The notes beneath the pieces are model-generated. The model saw only the letters and a list, made by a program, of their open reading frames with translations, did no database searches and was not told the DNA's origin. A stretch of DNA of 64,000 nt, taken from NCBI GenBank assembly GCA_002245135.1, contig NGBS01000003.1, positions 186,001-250,000 of the forward strand, given 5' to 3'. This DNA comes from Proteromonas lacertae. Its lineage: Eukaryota. Each line of letters opens with the position of its first letter. Position 1 is the stretch's first letter. Shown here in pieces: positions 23,810 to 38,122 of the stretch. The position numbers and the translations under genes were made by a program.

Positions 23810-26800
23810 CTATATAGCAAAATCTACTAAACTTCGACGATTTTTCAAGTTACTCCAACGGAACATCGCATTTCCTTCAAACTCAGAACTACTATTTCCA
23901 ACTACTGGACTACTGTAACAATAAACACAACTACTGTCAAAACCATGTCTTTCACCATCATAATATTGACTCTTTATATCTACTAATATACCACCTACAA
24001 ACGATGAAATCACATCACTCATTGTGTCAGTTATAGCATTCAATAATTCTTCATCTTCACATTTTATTTGAACTTTCAATTTCCATTCAATTTCACTATC
24101 ATTTTCTTTATCAAGATTCACATGAATTGCACTTATCATCATTACAAAATAATCATAACTTCGAGTTGTACATAATGCTTGATACTATTCAAATATAAAT
24201 AGATAATATAATAAATACTTGTAAATAGTTATTACATAATTCTACTTCATCATTTAATCTTAAACCAAATTCACATTTTTCACTCAAAATCTTCTTCAAA
24301 TTTTCTTGACTTATTTCTTTTGTTAATACACAATCAAAATGTTTTGAATATGGAGCATAATGCCATAATTCACGGAATCGATAACTTCCATTTATACTAT
24401 TGGGATTAGCTATCATTAATAAATCAGTCACTTTTAATTTTAATGGTTTAGTTGTTACTACCATATCACCTCCTCCACTTACTACTTTACCTTTATAGTC
24501 CAATATTTGTTCTTCACCATTTATATATGTTATATATAAACTCACTTCACCTCCACCAAAGTAACTCACATCTAATAAAATATTCCATTTCATCGTGTCT
24601 TGAGGAGCTAATGGATTTATTGGTTGATAACAAGTTGGAATATCGATTGGTAATGTTAAACAACCTTTACAAGTTACATTCAACTTCAATTTGTTTAAAC
24701 TGATATTTGTTGTATTACAGATTTCAAATTCACCTACTACACTGTTTCCTATATCTAATACTCGTAATTCACCTGTTATATATAATGGATCAGATACACC
24801 ACTGATTTGATGTAATTCAGGGAATGTTAGAGGATTATAGTGTTTATCGATTTCTTTTATTTCATTTTTTTTGGCATATCGAATAAAATGTTTAAACCCT
24901 CGTTTTACATCTTCTTCATAATGAATCATTGTATGATTTCCGGGAAGTTTTATTAATATATCATTATCAGTATAAATGCATCGTTTGTTCTTATAAGAAT
25001 CTAAAATCTTCTTTTTTATACCACTTGGAATGTTATTAGGGATTTTTAACGAAGTTGTTACACTCTTTTTACCTACAGCTAATCCAATCTTTTCTATTGC
25101 CATTTCAATCTCTTTCTTCATATGTTCTCCAATTTCTAGTTGTTCAGAAGCAGCTTGTAATGATTCCATCACATCTTTACTTAGTTTAGGATGATATATA
25201 CCAATATATTGTAAACATAATATATAATATTCTAAAGCTTCATCCATATAATCATTATAATCACTATAAACACTTTGTAATTTTTCATTAATCAATTCAC
25301 TAATAATTGGAACAGATTCTTCTGATGGACAATGTTCGCATAATATCATCAATATTCTAGGTAAACTCTCCTTTTGAATATACTTTATATCTTCTAAAAT
25401 AGTGTTTAATATATTGCATAAATAAATCCATAAGACAGATACTCTATCATCTGTTGTATGATCAAATGCAACACACATTCTTGATAATCGATCAGTATAT
25501 TCTGTTATATAAGTTCTTCTTTCATCAATATTCCATTTTAAACATGGTTCAGTAATAGTTAAAATATGTACAGCTAAAATACCCCATTTACACTTCTCAT
25601 TATCTATTTGTAATGGTTCTAAAAATCCAACTGTTCTTAACATAGCAATAACGATTTCTTCTTTAAATGAATTATCCATATCATCATTCTTCATCACATT
25701 ACCAATCCAAACACCATTAGTAAAATCATATATTTCAGTTGGATCAGTATTTTCATCAATCTCATTCAATATCTTTTTAAATATCTTTAAGAAGAATTCA
25801 CACAAATATTTCACTCTTGTAGCTGTATCTTGAATTCTGAATATACATCTAACTACTTGATCTAATGGTGAAATACCTTCATCAAATGATTTAATTACTG
25901 TTGGATCAGATATATCTTTTATCCACTCACCCATATCTCGAGTTAATGGCTTGTAGATTTCACCATTATTCAATACTTTCTTATCTTCATTCTTAACTTC
26001 ATAGAGATTCTTAAATGGTATATACTCAATACATTTTACTATTAATCCTGATAATTGGCTTCTTACATTTTGATATGGTAAAATAGCCAAGTTCAATAAT
26101 GCATTAAATGCTTGAGTAGAATATTGTAATGTAAATGAAGACAATAAGTCATATGGTAATAATTTCACTATTCCTTCACAAGCAGCATATACTACAGATG
26201 GATTAGTGGAATATAATAATGGTTGTAAAGTATTCTCCACCCACTGTATAACTATCTCTTGAAATGATAACATACTTGGTGTTTGTGTATGTTCTAAGGT
26301 TAATAAACTATCAATTACACTTCTACCACCAGCTGTATTAGTTTTAAGTGCTAATTCAATCACATTACTTCCTAAAGTGATAGCTTCAGCTGTTCTTTCA
26401 TCTGTTAATGATCTACAGGAATATGTAATGGTAATAATTTGAGGTAACAACCTCTTCTCTAAATAAGTGATAATTGGTTCTAATATTCTGACATTACTTT
26501 CTTCAAATAGTTTTGCTTCTTTACTTTGATAATATCCAACTTCTCTTCCTAAATTACTAAAACAGGAGTAATTATATTCATCATAAATTGTATTTAACAT
26601 GGCGAACACTTCTCGTTGTACATCCATATCTTTATCAAATTTCATATCGAAAATAGCAGTAATAATTTCTAATGAATGATCTTTACAATCTTGTGTTGCT
26701 GCTGTTCTTTCTCCTTGACTTTCAAATGGCATGTACTTTAAATTGGTACTTTGTACTACTAATAATGTCTTTAATGCCATTTCTCCTAAGTTTTTGATAG

Positions 26801-27263
26801 TATGAGAACGAATTGAAGCATTTTCGTGATGGGTTAATTTCTTAACTAATTCAGGCTATTTCATTATATTATAAATTATAATTAATATATATAATACTCT
26901 TAAATTCCTTATCCATTCAGCAATTGTACGAAATGAGAGATTGTTTAAAGCTGATAAAGCAGCTACAGCTAAATTGCTCTTTTCATCAGTACCAGGCAAA
27001 TCTTGCTTTGCAGCAGCAATTATAAGTTTGGCTGCATTTTCATTACCATTAATTGCAGAATTAGACAAAATATCGTAACCTAATTGTCTAAAAATCTGGG
27101 GTGCTTTTGGAGCAAATGCTGCTTCACCCACAGCATCCACTAATAGAAAAGGGATCAATTCACCTTCAGTCATTGCCTCTATGATATCGAACAAAGTACC
27201 AACCTTTGTATCAATATCCGTAGACCCCAAATACTCAATCATATCATACACATCGAGTATCAT
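23810..27263 (-). CDS. TPLATE: TSET/TPLATE complex beta-like large subunit (TPLATE)
   Basis: N-terminus YLGSTDIDTKVGTLFDII...AVGEAAFAPKAPQIFRQLGYDIL and DLPGTDEKSNLAVAALSAL. Appendage ISGVSDPLYI...ICNTTNISLNKLKL...PLAPQD and PLKLKVTDLL...FRELW. Resembles TPLATE more than beta-COP. Two introns. Confidence 0.65.
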
Positions 27264-27347
27264 TTTTGAGATAATCGCTGAGATATAAAAAAGATTCCCT
27301 TCAGAATGAAACTGTTGTGATAAGCTTGAATAATTCAAATCAAAACA

Positions 27348-27859
27348 ATGAAAATTTTCTTTTTTCTCTTGTTCTCTATATATTTATCATCTGTCATTGC
27401 TGTAAATAGAAAAGATTTGGATGAGAATGCTAAATTGAAGGTTGGTTTGGTTGTATATTAACATCTTTTATGTTTTTAGCATAGACCAGATGTATGTGAA
27501 GAAAAAACAAAATTTGGAAGTAGAATTGGTGTTACTTACAAAGTAATTTTTAACTTTGAATATAATTTAGGGTTTTTTGTACAGAGATAATTCATTATTT
27601 GATAGTAATGATGATCCAGAACATCCATTTGTATTTACTCTTGGTAAAGGACAAGTTATAAAAGGATGGGAACAAGGATTAACTGGAATGTGTGTTGGGT
27701 ATTTTTCAATTTCTTTAATATTGTATTTTATATAGTGAAATAAGAAAGTTAGTTATTCCATCTCATTTAGCTTATGGTGACTTAGGTTTTGGAACAAAAA
27801 TACCAGGAGGTGCAACATTAATATTTGAAGTGAAATTAGTTAAGATAATGAAAGTATAG
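27348..27859 (+). CDS. ER-type FKBP peptidyl-prolyl isomerase (FKBP2/FKBP13-like)
   Basis: Signal peptide, [56 protein letters not shown]. Three introns. Absent from the ORF track. Confidence 0.9.
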
Positions 27860-28074
27860 AATTTAGATTAAATAAGACTAACTACTTTTGAGATTTTTCG
27901 TAATTGTTAATATTATTTTTGATTAATTTTGTTTTTTAGTTTTATATTTGATTTAAAATATAACTAATTTAATCTAATTTGTTATTATATTTTCTATTTA
28001 TTAAAATAAAGAAGAAAAACAAAGACTTACCCACCAACCGCAGAACCGAAGAATAGATCTTTTATTTTATTAAA

Positions 28075-31000
28075 ATGGAGCCAATACCAGCAGTATTTTG
28101 GTTATGTTTATAAAATGACTAGATTAAGAGTATGAACTCCTTTCAGATAGGAAGTGGTACTATCAATGGTGAGACAATGAATGACTTAATCGGTGTAGAA
28201 GATAGATCTGTGCATACTCAAAGTTGTGATAGATCAGTATTGTCTTTTCCATTGAAAAACAAGGAAGAAATCAAAGAAATGATTCAGTTTAACGAAGTAT
28301 TACAATTGTCAAATTATTATACAATAGTTACTTGACAAAGGTGATGAATATCTCTCTAAATTATATTTCTGGAGAAGTTTATCAAAACCAGTTGAACCTG
28401 CTGTAACTCGTCAAGATTTAGGTCAAGCAAAGAAACAAGAGATATTACAACACACTCTTGATTTATTAAAACCAGCAATACAACTATGCCAAGATATATT
28501 ACTATATAACGAGAATTATATGAAATTATTAACTCACTGCATAGATATGTCAGAAAAGAGTTTAAATAGTGATGAACCAGTATATAATTACTAGAATATT
28601 TATTTTAAATAGATTTTGGAAGGATTCTATATAACTTTAAATAGATTTTGTGATCAATCTCTTCAATTTTTCCGATTGAAACAGATAAAACAGTCATTCT
28701 TTTTAGATCTTAAAAAAGCAGAAGAAATCTATCCAGAAGTGAAAATGCAAATATCTTCTCCATTTCCCTTCTTAGATGTTGGTAGTAACGATAATATTTG
28801 TTTTAGATATAAAAATCAAGAATTAATCAAGTTAATAAAGGATAATTGTACAAAATCAAAAGTATGGCAGAAAATCTTATCACAAACAGCTTTATATACT
28901 CAAAGTGCAGTAGAAAACAAAGAATATTTATTACCAGAAGAATTATTCTGTTATTTAAGAGGTTTTACTGTTGCTTATCATTGTACTGAATTAGTAGCTC
29001 CGAAAATTTTGAAAACCCCAGCTGCTTCGTTTTTAGCAAAATATGTCAATATTCCATTATATCAAGATATACCCATCTCCTTATTCCAAATATTAAAAAT
29101 CGAACAACCTCGTGAAAATCCAACAGATTATTCAGTAACTGCTAATTGTCCAACAATGTTGAATTATTATAACACTCTAGTGAGTGAGTTTATGATAGCG
29201 AAGTTTAACAGAGAGAGTACAATAGATACACCCAATCAGAGTGAAGATATTATTGTGTTAGTGGAGAAAATATTGAATTTCTTATCTGATATTAATATAT
29301 TAATACAAATGCAAGTATTTATTCTATTATATTCATTCTTTTTTATTTTCTTTTTCTTCTTCTTTTTATATTATATTATTATTATATATAGATGGCATAT
29401 TGTTATACCTATCCAGCAATCGTTCACAATTGTCCTCAATGTGGTGAACCTTATCCTTATTATATGTTCAATCAAGAATCATGGGCTAAACTATCAATGC
29501 CACCAGGTCAATTAGATCCAAATGATAAATCAATAATGTGTAGTAAATGTGAAGAAGAAGGAATAAGACCCAACTTTACACCTCCCACTATCAAGATAGA
29601 AGATAAAGAAGGTAATCAATACTTATTATCTGCATTATTCAATTTATCACCACAAGATCAAGTCTCCTTCATTAAGTTAATATCAATGATAAAATCACTC
29701 GATGATTTGTTATTGAAAAATGAATTATTATTGAAAACGGATCTGTTTTCAGCTGTTTATCATAAGATCCAAAGTATTTCATTAGATGATATTTTATATT
29801 GGTTACATCACGCTGATAAGAAAGCATCAAAAGAATCTGAAGTATTAGTAGCCTATTTCCTACAAGTAAGAATATTATTAGCTGATTGGATTACTGGAGC
29901 TGTACCAGATCCAAAGAATGATTATCAATTAAGAAGTAAAGAAAGAGGAAGAGTAGAATATAATAAACAATTCAAAATGGTACAACCACGAAATGGACCA
30001 ATCATATTATCCAGATATTATTTACAAAGATTATATGATCAAGATTCTCCAGCCTTTAAATTAAAAGGATTCTTCGCTAAGAAATCCTTCTTTTCTTCTG
30101 AAGATATTGATAAATTGAATGTTTTACATAGAGTTCTATTTAATTTACCATATTTAACTAATTTTGATGAAGTATTAAAGAAATTATCAAATTTAGATTT
30201 CTTATGGTTTAGAGAAAGATTTATTGAACAAAGTAATTTGATACAAATTCCAATAGAATATTCTATTCCTTATTTCCTATTGAATAATCTTATTGAAAAC
30301 CCATTTCAGTGTTCTTTTAGATCTTTCTATCATTTATTTGATATATATAATGATGCAGAATCATGTCTAACTACCTACAAAGTACCGTATCTATTCCAAG
30401 AGTTAGAAAGTGAAGCAAATACTACAATAGAAATATTATCAATGAATCTAGCCAATCAAATGTATTTATATTATTATTATTATTATTATTTATAATAGTT
30501 ATATATACTTCAAACAAATTGCAATATTTAGTATGAAAAGACAACCACATCCTCGTGAAAAAGATCCTAATCCCTATTTACCACTTAAACAACACCCTGA
30601 AATATCAATATTAGGAAGACATTTAGATTTACAAACTGTTTTAACAAAACACTTCAATACGAATCTTACTGCAGATATAGATTTCGCAATAACAAGATAT
30701 GAGAATACTGATTTAACTGGTTTAGTTGAATTACAGATTACTTTAGATATGTTAAAGTCATTCCATGTATTATTATCAGGTTATTCTTATATTGATACAT
30801 TTGAAATATTGTTTAATACTGCGAATGGTACAATGGAATTACCTAACAAAGGAAGAATATTAAGTCATACATTTGCATCAATTGTTGGTGATTTGACTGA
30901 GAATTATACATACTTGGAGAAAGCAAAGAGATTTATTAGACCAAGACCAAAACCAGGTGAGAAATTAAGACCATTAGTATATATATATATATATATATAT

Positions 31001-32971
31001 ATGTTTCATTTTTTATTTTATTCTTTATAGCCACATCCAGGCTATTTATTCACTCGTGAATTCGAAAAGGAATGGCAAATCATCTTCGCTCCTTATAATG
31101 ATTTCATTGGAAGTCAACATGTAAATGCAATGGTAGGAATATTAACCTCCAGTCAATTATCAGTATTAGTTGAAAAATGCATATGTTCAGTAGAAGGATT
31201 GATTAGTAATGATATAAAGAACGAATTAGAAATAATATCCAATAAATTTAGAACATTCCCAGTTCCAAAGATGGAGGAAGCTTATACTGTTTATTTCTCA
31301 TCAGGTGTATGGAGATTATTCTTACAAAATTCAAAAGTTTTAATGGAAGAACCTGAACAAGTTGGTTTGTTATATAATAACTTGAAATTATTAGGAAATA
31401 TAATATGTTTCTTGAGATTATTGGAATCTGCAATTGAGAGAAAAGAAATTAATGTGTTTATACAGTCATCAGCTTTTCTTGGTATTAATAGTGAACTAAG
31501 AAATAAATTTGAAATGCCAACTTCCAATGCTTTGATAGAAATGGCAGATAAACGTATAGTTATTAATATATATATATATATATATCAAATATAGTTGGGT
31601 ATATAAATATGGCTAAAAGAACAACAGAAGTATATCAAGCCTCCAGTATGTCTGTTAGTTTATATATTCCCTTCTTAAGAAGAATGGCACAATCATTAGC
31701 TCAATATCCAAGAGGATTAATGAATTTAAATCCATTAGAAGGTGAACCATCTCCTTATTACTTCATATGGAGTACTTTGTTATTCCAATTTTGTCATAGT
31801 GTATTTATTTATCATTGTTATTTATTATGTTTATAGACTGAAAACTTTACAATGTTATATGGTGAAGGATGTATATTTGCTGGTTCAACTATTGTCTATT
31901 TACTTGGTCAAGATTTATTGTTCAAATCAAACGATTTCTCTACTTATGTAAGAACAATTTATCAAACTGAGAATAAAGTTGATGCTGCTAGTAAACCACT
32001 AGAGAAAATGGATCGAGATTCATTTGCTATATTTATACAGAATAGTTATGAAGCTTATGATATAAACAACAAAGTAGAAATGATATTTACTACTCACTTT
32101 GATACTAGAGGTAGAGATACAAATGTAAAGAAAGACTTATTAAATCCATTACCTGATAGTATTGAAGTACCAACAACTAATAGACAACTTGATTCATTAA
32201 TGTATATTTATTCATTCATTTATTTATAGATCTACTCAAATACAATGTGATGGAAAATCAAAGAATAAAGAGACATTAAGAGCACCACCTACATCCTCAG
32301 ATACATCTTCCAGTACAAAATCATCCAAGAAATCAAGTAGAAAGAATTCAAAAAGAGATGAAGGAAAACCACCAACAGCACCACCTCCTCCTCCAAATGT
32401 GAGCGGTAGTGAAAGTAGTGATGAGGAAGATAGAAAGAGCAAATTAAAGAAAACTAGAAAACCAAGTAAAGAAATACCAAAAACAGCTCCTCCAATTGAA
32501 GTTAGTGGAGATTCAGATAGTGACAATGATAACAAGAAAAAGAAATCATTAAAGAAAACAAAGAAATCCAAGAAAGAATCATCTTCAGAAGATGAAGATG
32601 ATTCAAAGAAAAAGAAATCTAAAAAAATATCCTCCAGAAAAAACAGTAAACCAACTTCAGCACCTCCACCTCCACCAGTATCTGATGATGATGATGGTGA
32701 AGCTGCTCCACCTCCCCCTAAAGCTCCTCCTCCGCCACCTGTTGATGATGATGATGATGAAGTACCAGAAATACCACCACCAATACCTCCACCAACATTT
32801 TCAGATTCACCTAAGAAGAGTAAGAAAGATGATGATGATGATGATGATGGATTTAAAGCTCCACCACCAATACCAGAATCTGAACCTCCTCCAGTTTCAA
32901 CTCCCAAAGAAAAACACCATAAGAAATCAAAGAAGAAGTATAAGACTTTGGAAGAAGTACCTAAGAAATAG

Positions 32972-33005
<34 letters not shown>

Positions 33006-33223
33006 GTTATTCAAAGTTGTATGGTCTTACTTTATATCCTTATGAAGCAACTAGAGATGATGAATTAACATTTGATGAAGGAGTTGAATTGAAAAGTATA
33101 TTTTCCTATGCATTATATTTAATAGTTATAAATATACAAGATGATGGATGGTTTGAGGGTGAGATTAATGGAAAGAGAGGTGTTGCTCCTGGTAATTATG
33201 TTGAGCCATTTGTTATGAAATAA
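28075..33223 (+). CDS. CYFIP: CYFIP/Sra1 (WAVE regulatory complex)-like protein extended by a Pro/acidic-rich region and a C-terminal SH3 domain
   Basis: LSNLDFLWFRERF...IQIPIEYSIPYFL, IYNDAE, LFQELESEAN, ISILGRHLDL and YGEGCIFAG match CYFIP. The frame continues through GT-AG introns into PPPPP/DDDD repeats and an SH3 domain (LYPYEATRDDELTF...DDGWFEG...GVAPGNYV). Confidence 0.8.
32977..33000. repeat. (TA)n microsatellite inside an intron (similar tracts near 2066, 30978, 31567, 36984, 53868)
   Basis: Directly visible TA dinucleotide runs, all intronic. Confidence 0.8.
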
Positions 33224-33379
33224 TTGTTATAGCAATATTAATATTTTTATTATAATATGTATTACGAGTTGTATTTTTAAGAAATTAATATTTTGGGGGT
33301 TGTGAAAATTTTCTTAAACTCATTTTATTTTTATTTTTTATTTTCTTATGATTGGCAGATTTAAATCATTCAAAAAATT

Positions 33380-34566
33380 ATGGCCCTATTAAACAAATGT
33401 ACTACGAATAAATATATAGATAAAAACGGTATTATTCTCAAAAATTACAAATATTTGGTTGAAGTGATAGATATCTTAAATTTATTTATATCAGATAGAA
33501 TTTTAGAAGTAAAACTAATAGAAAATGATGATCAGATAATAATTACAGAAGAATATGAAAAAATGGTTCATTTTTCAAACCTTCAAAACTGTAAATGTGA
33601 TAAAAATATAATTATTAAGCAATTAACACAAATATTACTTCTATTAGACAAATTGCTTTCTATGAATGTTAGTTTTATATCGAATAATTTGCTTATTGAC
33701 AACAAAGGAAAAGTATTGTTATTTAATTGGTATGATAAACTATTAATGAATGAAAAGATTAGCGAATCAGAGTTTTATAACTCTATGGCTATATTATTCT
33801 ATTCAATTATAGAAGGTAATAACAATGAAATTATATACAAATCAATCTATGATATGATTAAAAACCTTACACAAATAAATATAAGTGAAAAGAATATAGA
33901 TTATGTGAATATATTACCTTATTTGATGAATAACAGTATTTTGTTAGAAGAAATTGAAATAGTTTTAGAAAATGAAAATGATATTAATTATGTTGAAGTA
34001 AAAGAAAAGGACTTTAAAAAATTAGTATTATATTATGGATCTTATCATGCAATTGAATCAATAGTGAAAAATTGGATTGATACAGAAGTAGATAAAGTTG
34101 TTAAAGAGAATTCTGAACAAATTAAGTTGTGGAATTGTATATATATTCTATCATGTATTAATTATAGGTTCTTTTAAAACTTATGAAATTGAATATCTGT
34201 TGAAAGTAATAAAATTGGTGATTTAGGAGTTGTATGTTTTTGTGTTAATTGTCATTTCATCCCTTCTTTAAGATTTCTATCTCTACCAAGTATTATATAT
34301 CTTTCTAAACTGTAGATAATAGAATAACAGATGAAGGAGGAGATATATTGGCTGAAAATTTAAGCAAATGTATAAAGTTGAAATGTTTATGGATATATTG
34401 TATATATTGAAATAATATAATGTTTAATATAGGGAATAGAATACTAAATTATGAACAAGTCAAACAAAATATACAAAATAACCATTCTAATACAAAATTA
34501 AAAATAATAATATATTTCGGTTGTGAAGAAGATGATGAAGAAAATTATAGAATTGATAAACCTTAA
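33380..34566 (+). CDS. degenerate kinase-like domain plus LRR protein (probable frameshift near 34477)
   Basis: Kinase C-lobe-like remnant (NNLLIDNKGKVLL) followed by RI-type LRRs (NKIGDLG, NRITDEG) on short exons. Confidence 0.55.
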
Positions 34567-34626
34567 TTTATTTTGTATAATAAAACAATCCCAAAATAAA
34601 AACAATAATCACAATAATCACAATAA

Positions 34627-37600
34627 TTAACTATTTATATTGAAGTATTCTTCAGATAATTCTTTCTTTTCTTCTTCTGAAATTCCATCTAAATTAATTC
34701 TTCCAATTGATGAAAATGTTTCTAGAAATGATTTTAATTCTATTTTATTTATATTTTCTTTTACTGTTATTGATAATTCTTCTATACAATCAAATACTTC
34801 TTTGTTTTCTTTCATTAATCTTAATTCTTCTTCATTTAATACATTTCCTAAAAGATTTATCACATTTAATATATAAAAGTCTTTTAACCTTTCTATTAAC
34901 ATTTTTAATCCTTTTTCATTCATTCCTATATCTATTCATATGATATATTTATATTATATTTATATAAATACTTGATAGATTTAATAATAATGGATCATTA
35001 ATAAATTTATCAAAATATTTACATATAATCTCTATCCCTTCATCTCCAATAGGATTATTATATATTGCTATATAATATACTGTTTCTGGTAATTTATGGG
35101 TCAATTCTGTTAATCCTATACAAGTAATTCTATTGTTTGATAAATCAATAAAGTCCAAAACAATCTTTTTAATTAATGAAATATGACAATCATTAATATC
35201 TAAATCTATATAATTAAATAATACATTTTATACTGGATAAATCGATGATGTCTTTCTGTCTTACTTCTTTAACATAATAGTTCAAGTAATATCCTATTTC
35301 TTCATTTGTCCATGATGAATTTTTCATTCTAATTAACATATATCTATCATTCTCTAACGATTTTGAACAAATTGATATTAACCCTTTCTTTCTAATGTTA
35401 TTTCCTTTTAGATTTATAATACACGATTGTATATCAGAATCTAGTTTACTTGACAATATTAACACACTTTCATCATCAATTGAAATATTACTCAAATTCA
35501 TAATGAAATTACAATCTATTAACATGTTCAAATAGTGTAACAGTAGTTTAAATCCACTATAACCAATTGGATTGCCTATAAAATAAAAATGAAGTTTATA
35601 AACTATATATACTGTGAATAGACAGTCTCTCAATATTATCACTTTCTTTCATGTAATTCATTAAATATTCAATTCCATTTGAATCAATATTATTACGACT
35701 TACATTAAGTCTGATCTTTATATGAATATTCTTCAATCCATCTAATAAGTATATTAATCCAATCGAAGATAATCCAATTTCTATTGAATATTGAAAATTA
35801 CTTTTTTATACTTGAACAATTAATTCTATTATAATAATAATCGTAATGCTTTAACAAATGTAAATGTGGTGATAATAATTTCATTCCTTCATCTCCTATT
35901 TCATTTCCATTTACATGAAGTTTTCTAAGTTTTGGAAATAAAGATAAATTGTGTATCAGACATTCTATACTTCTGAATGTCAGCTTATTATCTAAACAAT
36001 AGATAAATATCAAATAATACTACTTAAATCAAAACTAACAATTTTAACAAATTCATTTGATCTTAATTGAATAAATGATCTGAAAATATCATCATTAATT
36101 TCCATATTACTCAGATTTAACTCGAAATGATTTTTTATATATCTGATCAAATCTGGTATATCTTTATCAACTAATAACTTTATATTTCCATTATAATCAA
36201 ATTCTATTTTTGATATAGGAAATTTGGAGAATAAAGCTTTCAACCCTTTGGAATAAATACTTTTATTTGATTTTATATCTATTTTCTGAAGATTTGAATA
36301 TTTACATAGTTCTTCTGATAATAATATCATTGATTCATCGTTCAAATTCATTCCATGAAGATCTAAAATGTTATTTTTGTTAATTAATAAATGTAAATAT
36401 GGAAGTAACAATTTGAAGCCTTTTGGACCAATTGGATTATCTATTATATTATTATATACAAGTTAAATATTGAATACATGAAAGCGAAATATGTTCTATT
36501 CTCATCAATGGAATTGATTTAACAAATGATTCAATGAACTGATCAGTTAGAAAGCAGTTTGATATATCTAACACTTGTAAGTTTGATAATCGCGAAAAGT
36601 ATGATCCAAATAAAGATTGAAGTTTGATAAAAATTTGAATATCTACATTATAATTAACTTCAAGTAATACCAAAATTGAGTATTGAATGATTCATAAATT
36701 TCAATACTCTGAAGAAATAATCTATTCCTTTCTCACAGAAACAAATACAATCTGAACCAATCCATAATTCATCATTATTATCATCTTCGTCATTACTTAT
36801 ATTAAAAATAATTTCGTCTAAAAAGCATTTTCTATATTTACAGTGATGATAAATATGATATTTTATTCTATCCTTTATTGAATTATCTATTTTGTATAAT
36901 TTCATCATCAATAGTATTGACAGCATTTTTGTATTTGATCTATAATTGTATACATCTATCTGTGCGTCTCTATATTCTATCCATATATATATATATATAT
37001 ATAATATAATCACTATACTTTCCCATTCACTACTTTTGATATAATCATCTGGTGAATGAAATGAAGCAACAGCTTCCCAATCACTTTTGAAAAACATATA
37101 TTTTTTTCTTCAAATACTGTCAAATTATTCTTTACAGGTGAAATTTTTATCATTTCCTTTTTCAACTCTTTCAAACTCATTCTATCTTCATAATTCACTT
37201 TTAACATTTTTTCAATAATTTCTTTTATTGAAACATCTTGCATTAATTCTTTATTGTATTTACATCTCATGATATTATTCATAGTCTTATATATATTATC
37301 ATCTTCATTGAATGGTACATCTATATTAACTATTTCAAATAATAAACAACCAATTGACCAAATTACACTTCTATCATTACATTCTAAGCCATTTAACTCT
37401 TCTGGACTTTTAATGGATATATCTCTGATTCTCATTTCTTCTTCTCTTCTCACATTATTTAAATATAAATCACATATCTTTATATTATCAAATCTAAAAA
37501 CATCTCCTTCAAATAATACATTAGAACTCCTTATATCATATACTACTAAATTATATTCATTTAATAACATTAAAACATCACAAATTGAATTTATTACACT

Positions 37601-37961
37601 ACATATATCACTGCTTGACAATAAATTACTACGAATTATCTCTTCTAAATCTCTTGAATACAATTCTCTATATATTATAATGCTTTTTCTGCATAATTGT
37701 ATTTGATAAGGATAGATAAAGGAAAAACAACAATCTGACAATGAAGAGCTATTCTCTAAAAATCTCAAAATTTTCTTTTCTTTTACCCCTTTAATGTTTA
37801 GGATTTTCATCATTTGAGCATCATTCTGGTGTTTTATTATCAATTGCACTTCACTAACGCCCTTTTCGGTTATATTTATGATCTATTGAAATAAAAATCA
37901 ATTTGAATACCTCAACATCAGATGGTAATATCGAACGCACTATATCAAACACATAAAGCAT
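34627..37961 (-). CDS. pseudokinase plus RI-like leucine-rich repeat protein, multi-exon (frameshift near 37097)
   Basis: VYDIRSSNVL, KICDLY, KSPEE and IWSIGCLLFE (no HRD or DFG). About 15 LRRs (NPIGPKG, NEIGDEG, NPIGYSG, NPIGDEG), with introns at LRR boundaries. Confidence 0.75.
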
Positions 37962-38122
37962 GTTTTACGGATTTTATAAAGATATAGCCGTTTTATTATT
38001 TTATTTTTCTTATAAAAAACACCATTAATCAATCCAAACATAATTTAAATTATAAATTATAAAAATATAATATATAATATCCTCATAAATACAAAATATT
38101 AAAAATTAAAATAATTAGTATT

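Noticed and set aside
23810..27263. beta-COP assignment
   Set aside because: It lacks the strongly conserved beta-COP motifs and is too divergent. TPLATE fits better, though this is unconfirmed.
32236..32907. 223-aa Gly/Ser-rich minus-strand ORF, and many other antisense or overlapping ORFs in the track
   Set aside because: These mirror low-complexity Pro/Asp/Lys codons of the real gene on the other strand and have no independent motifs.
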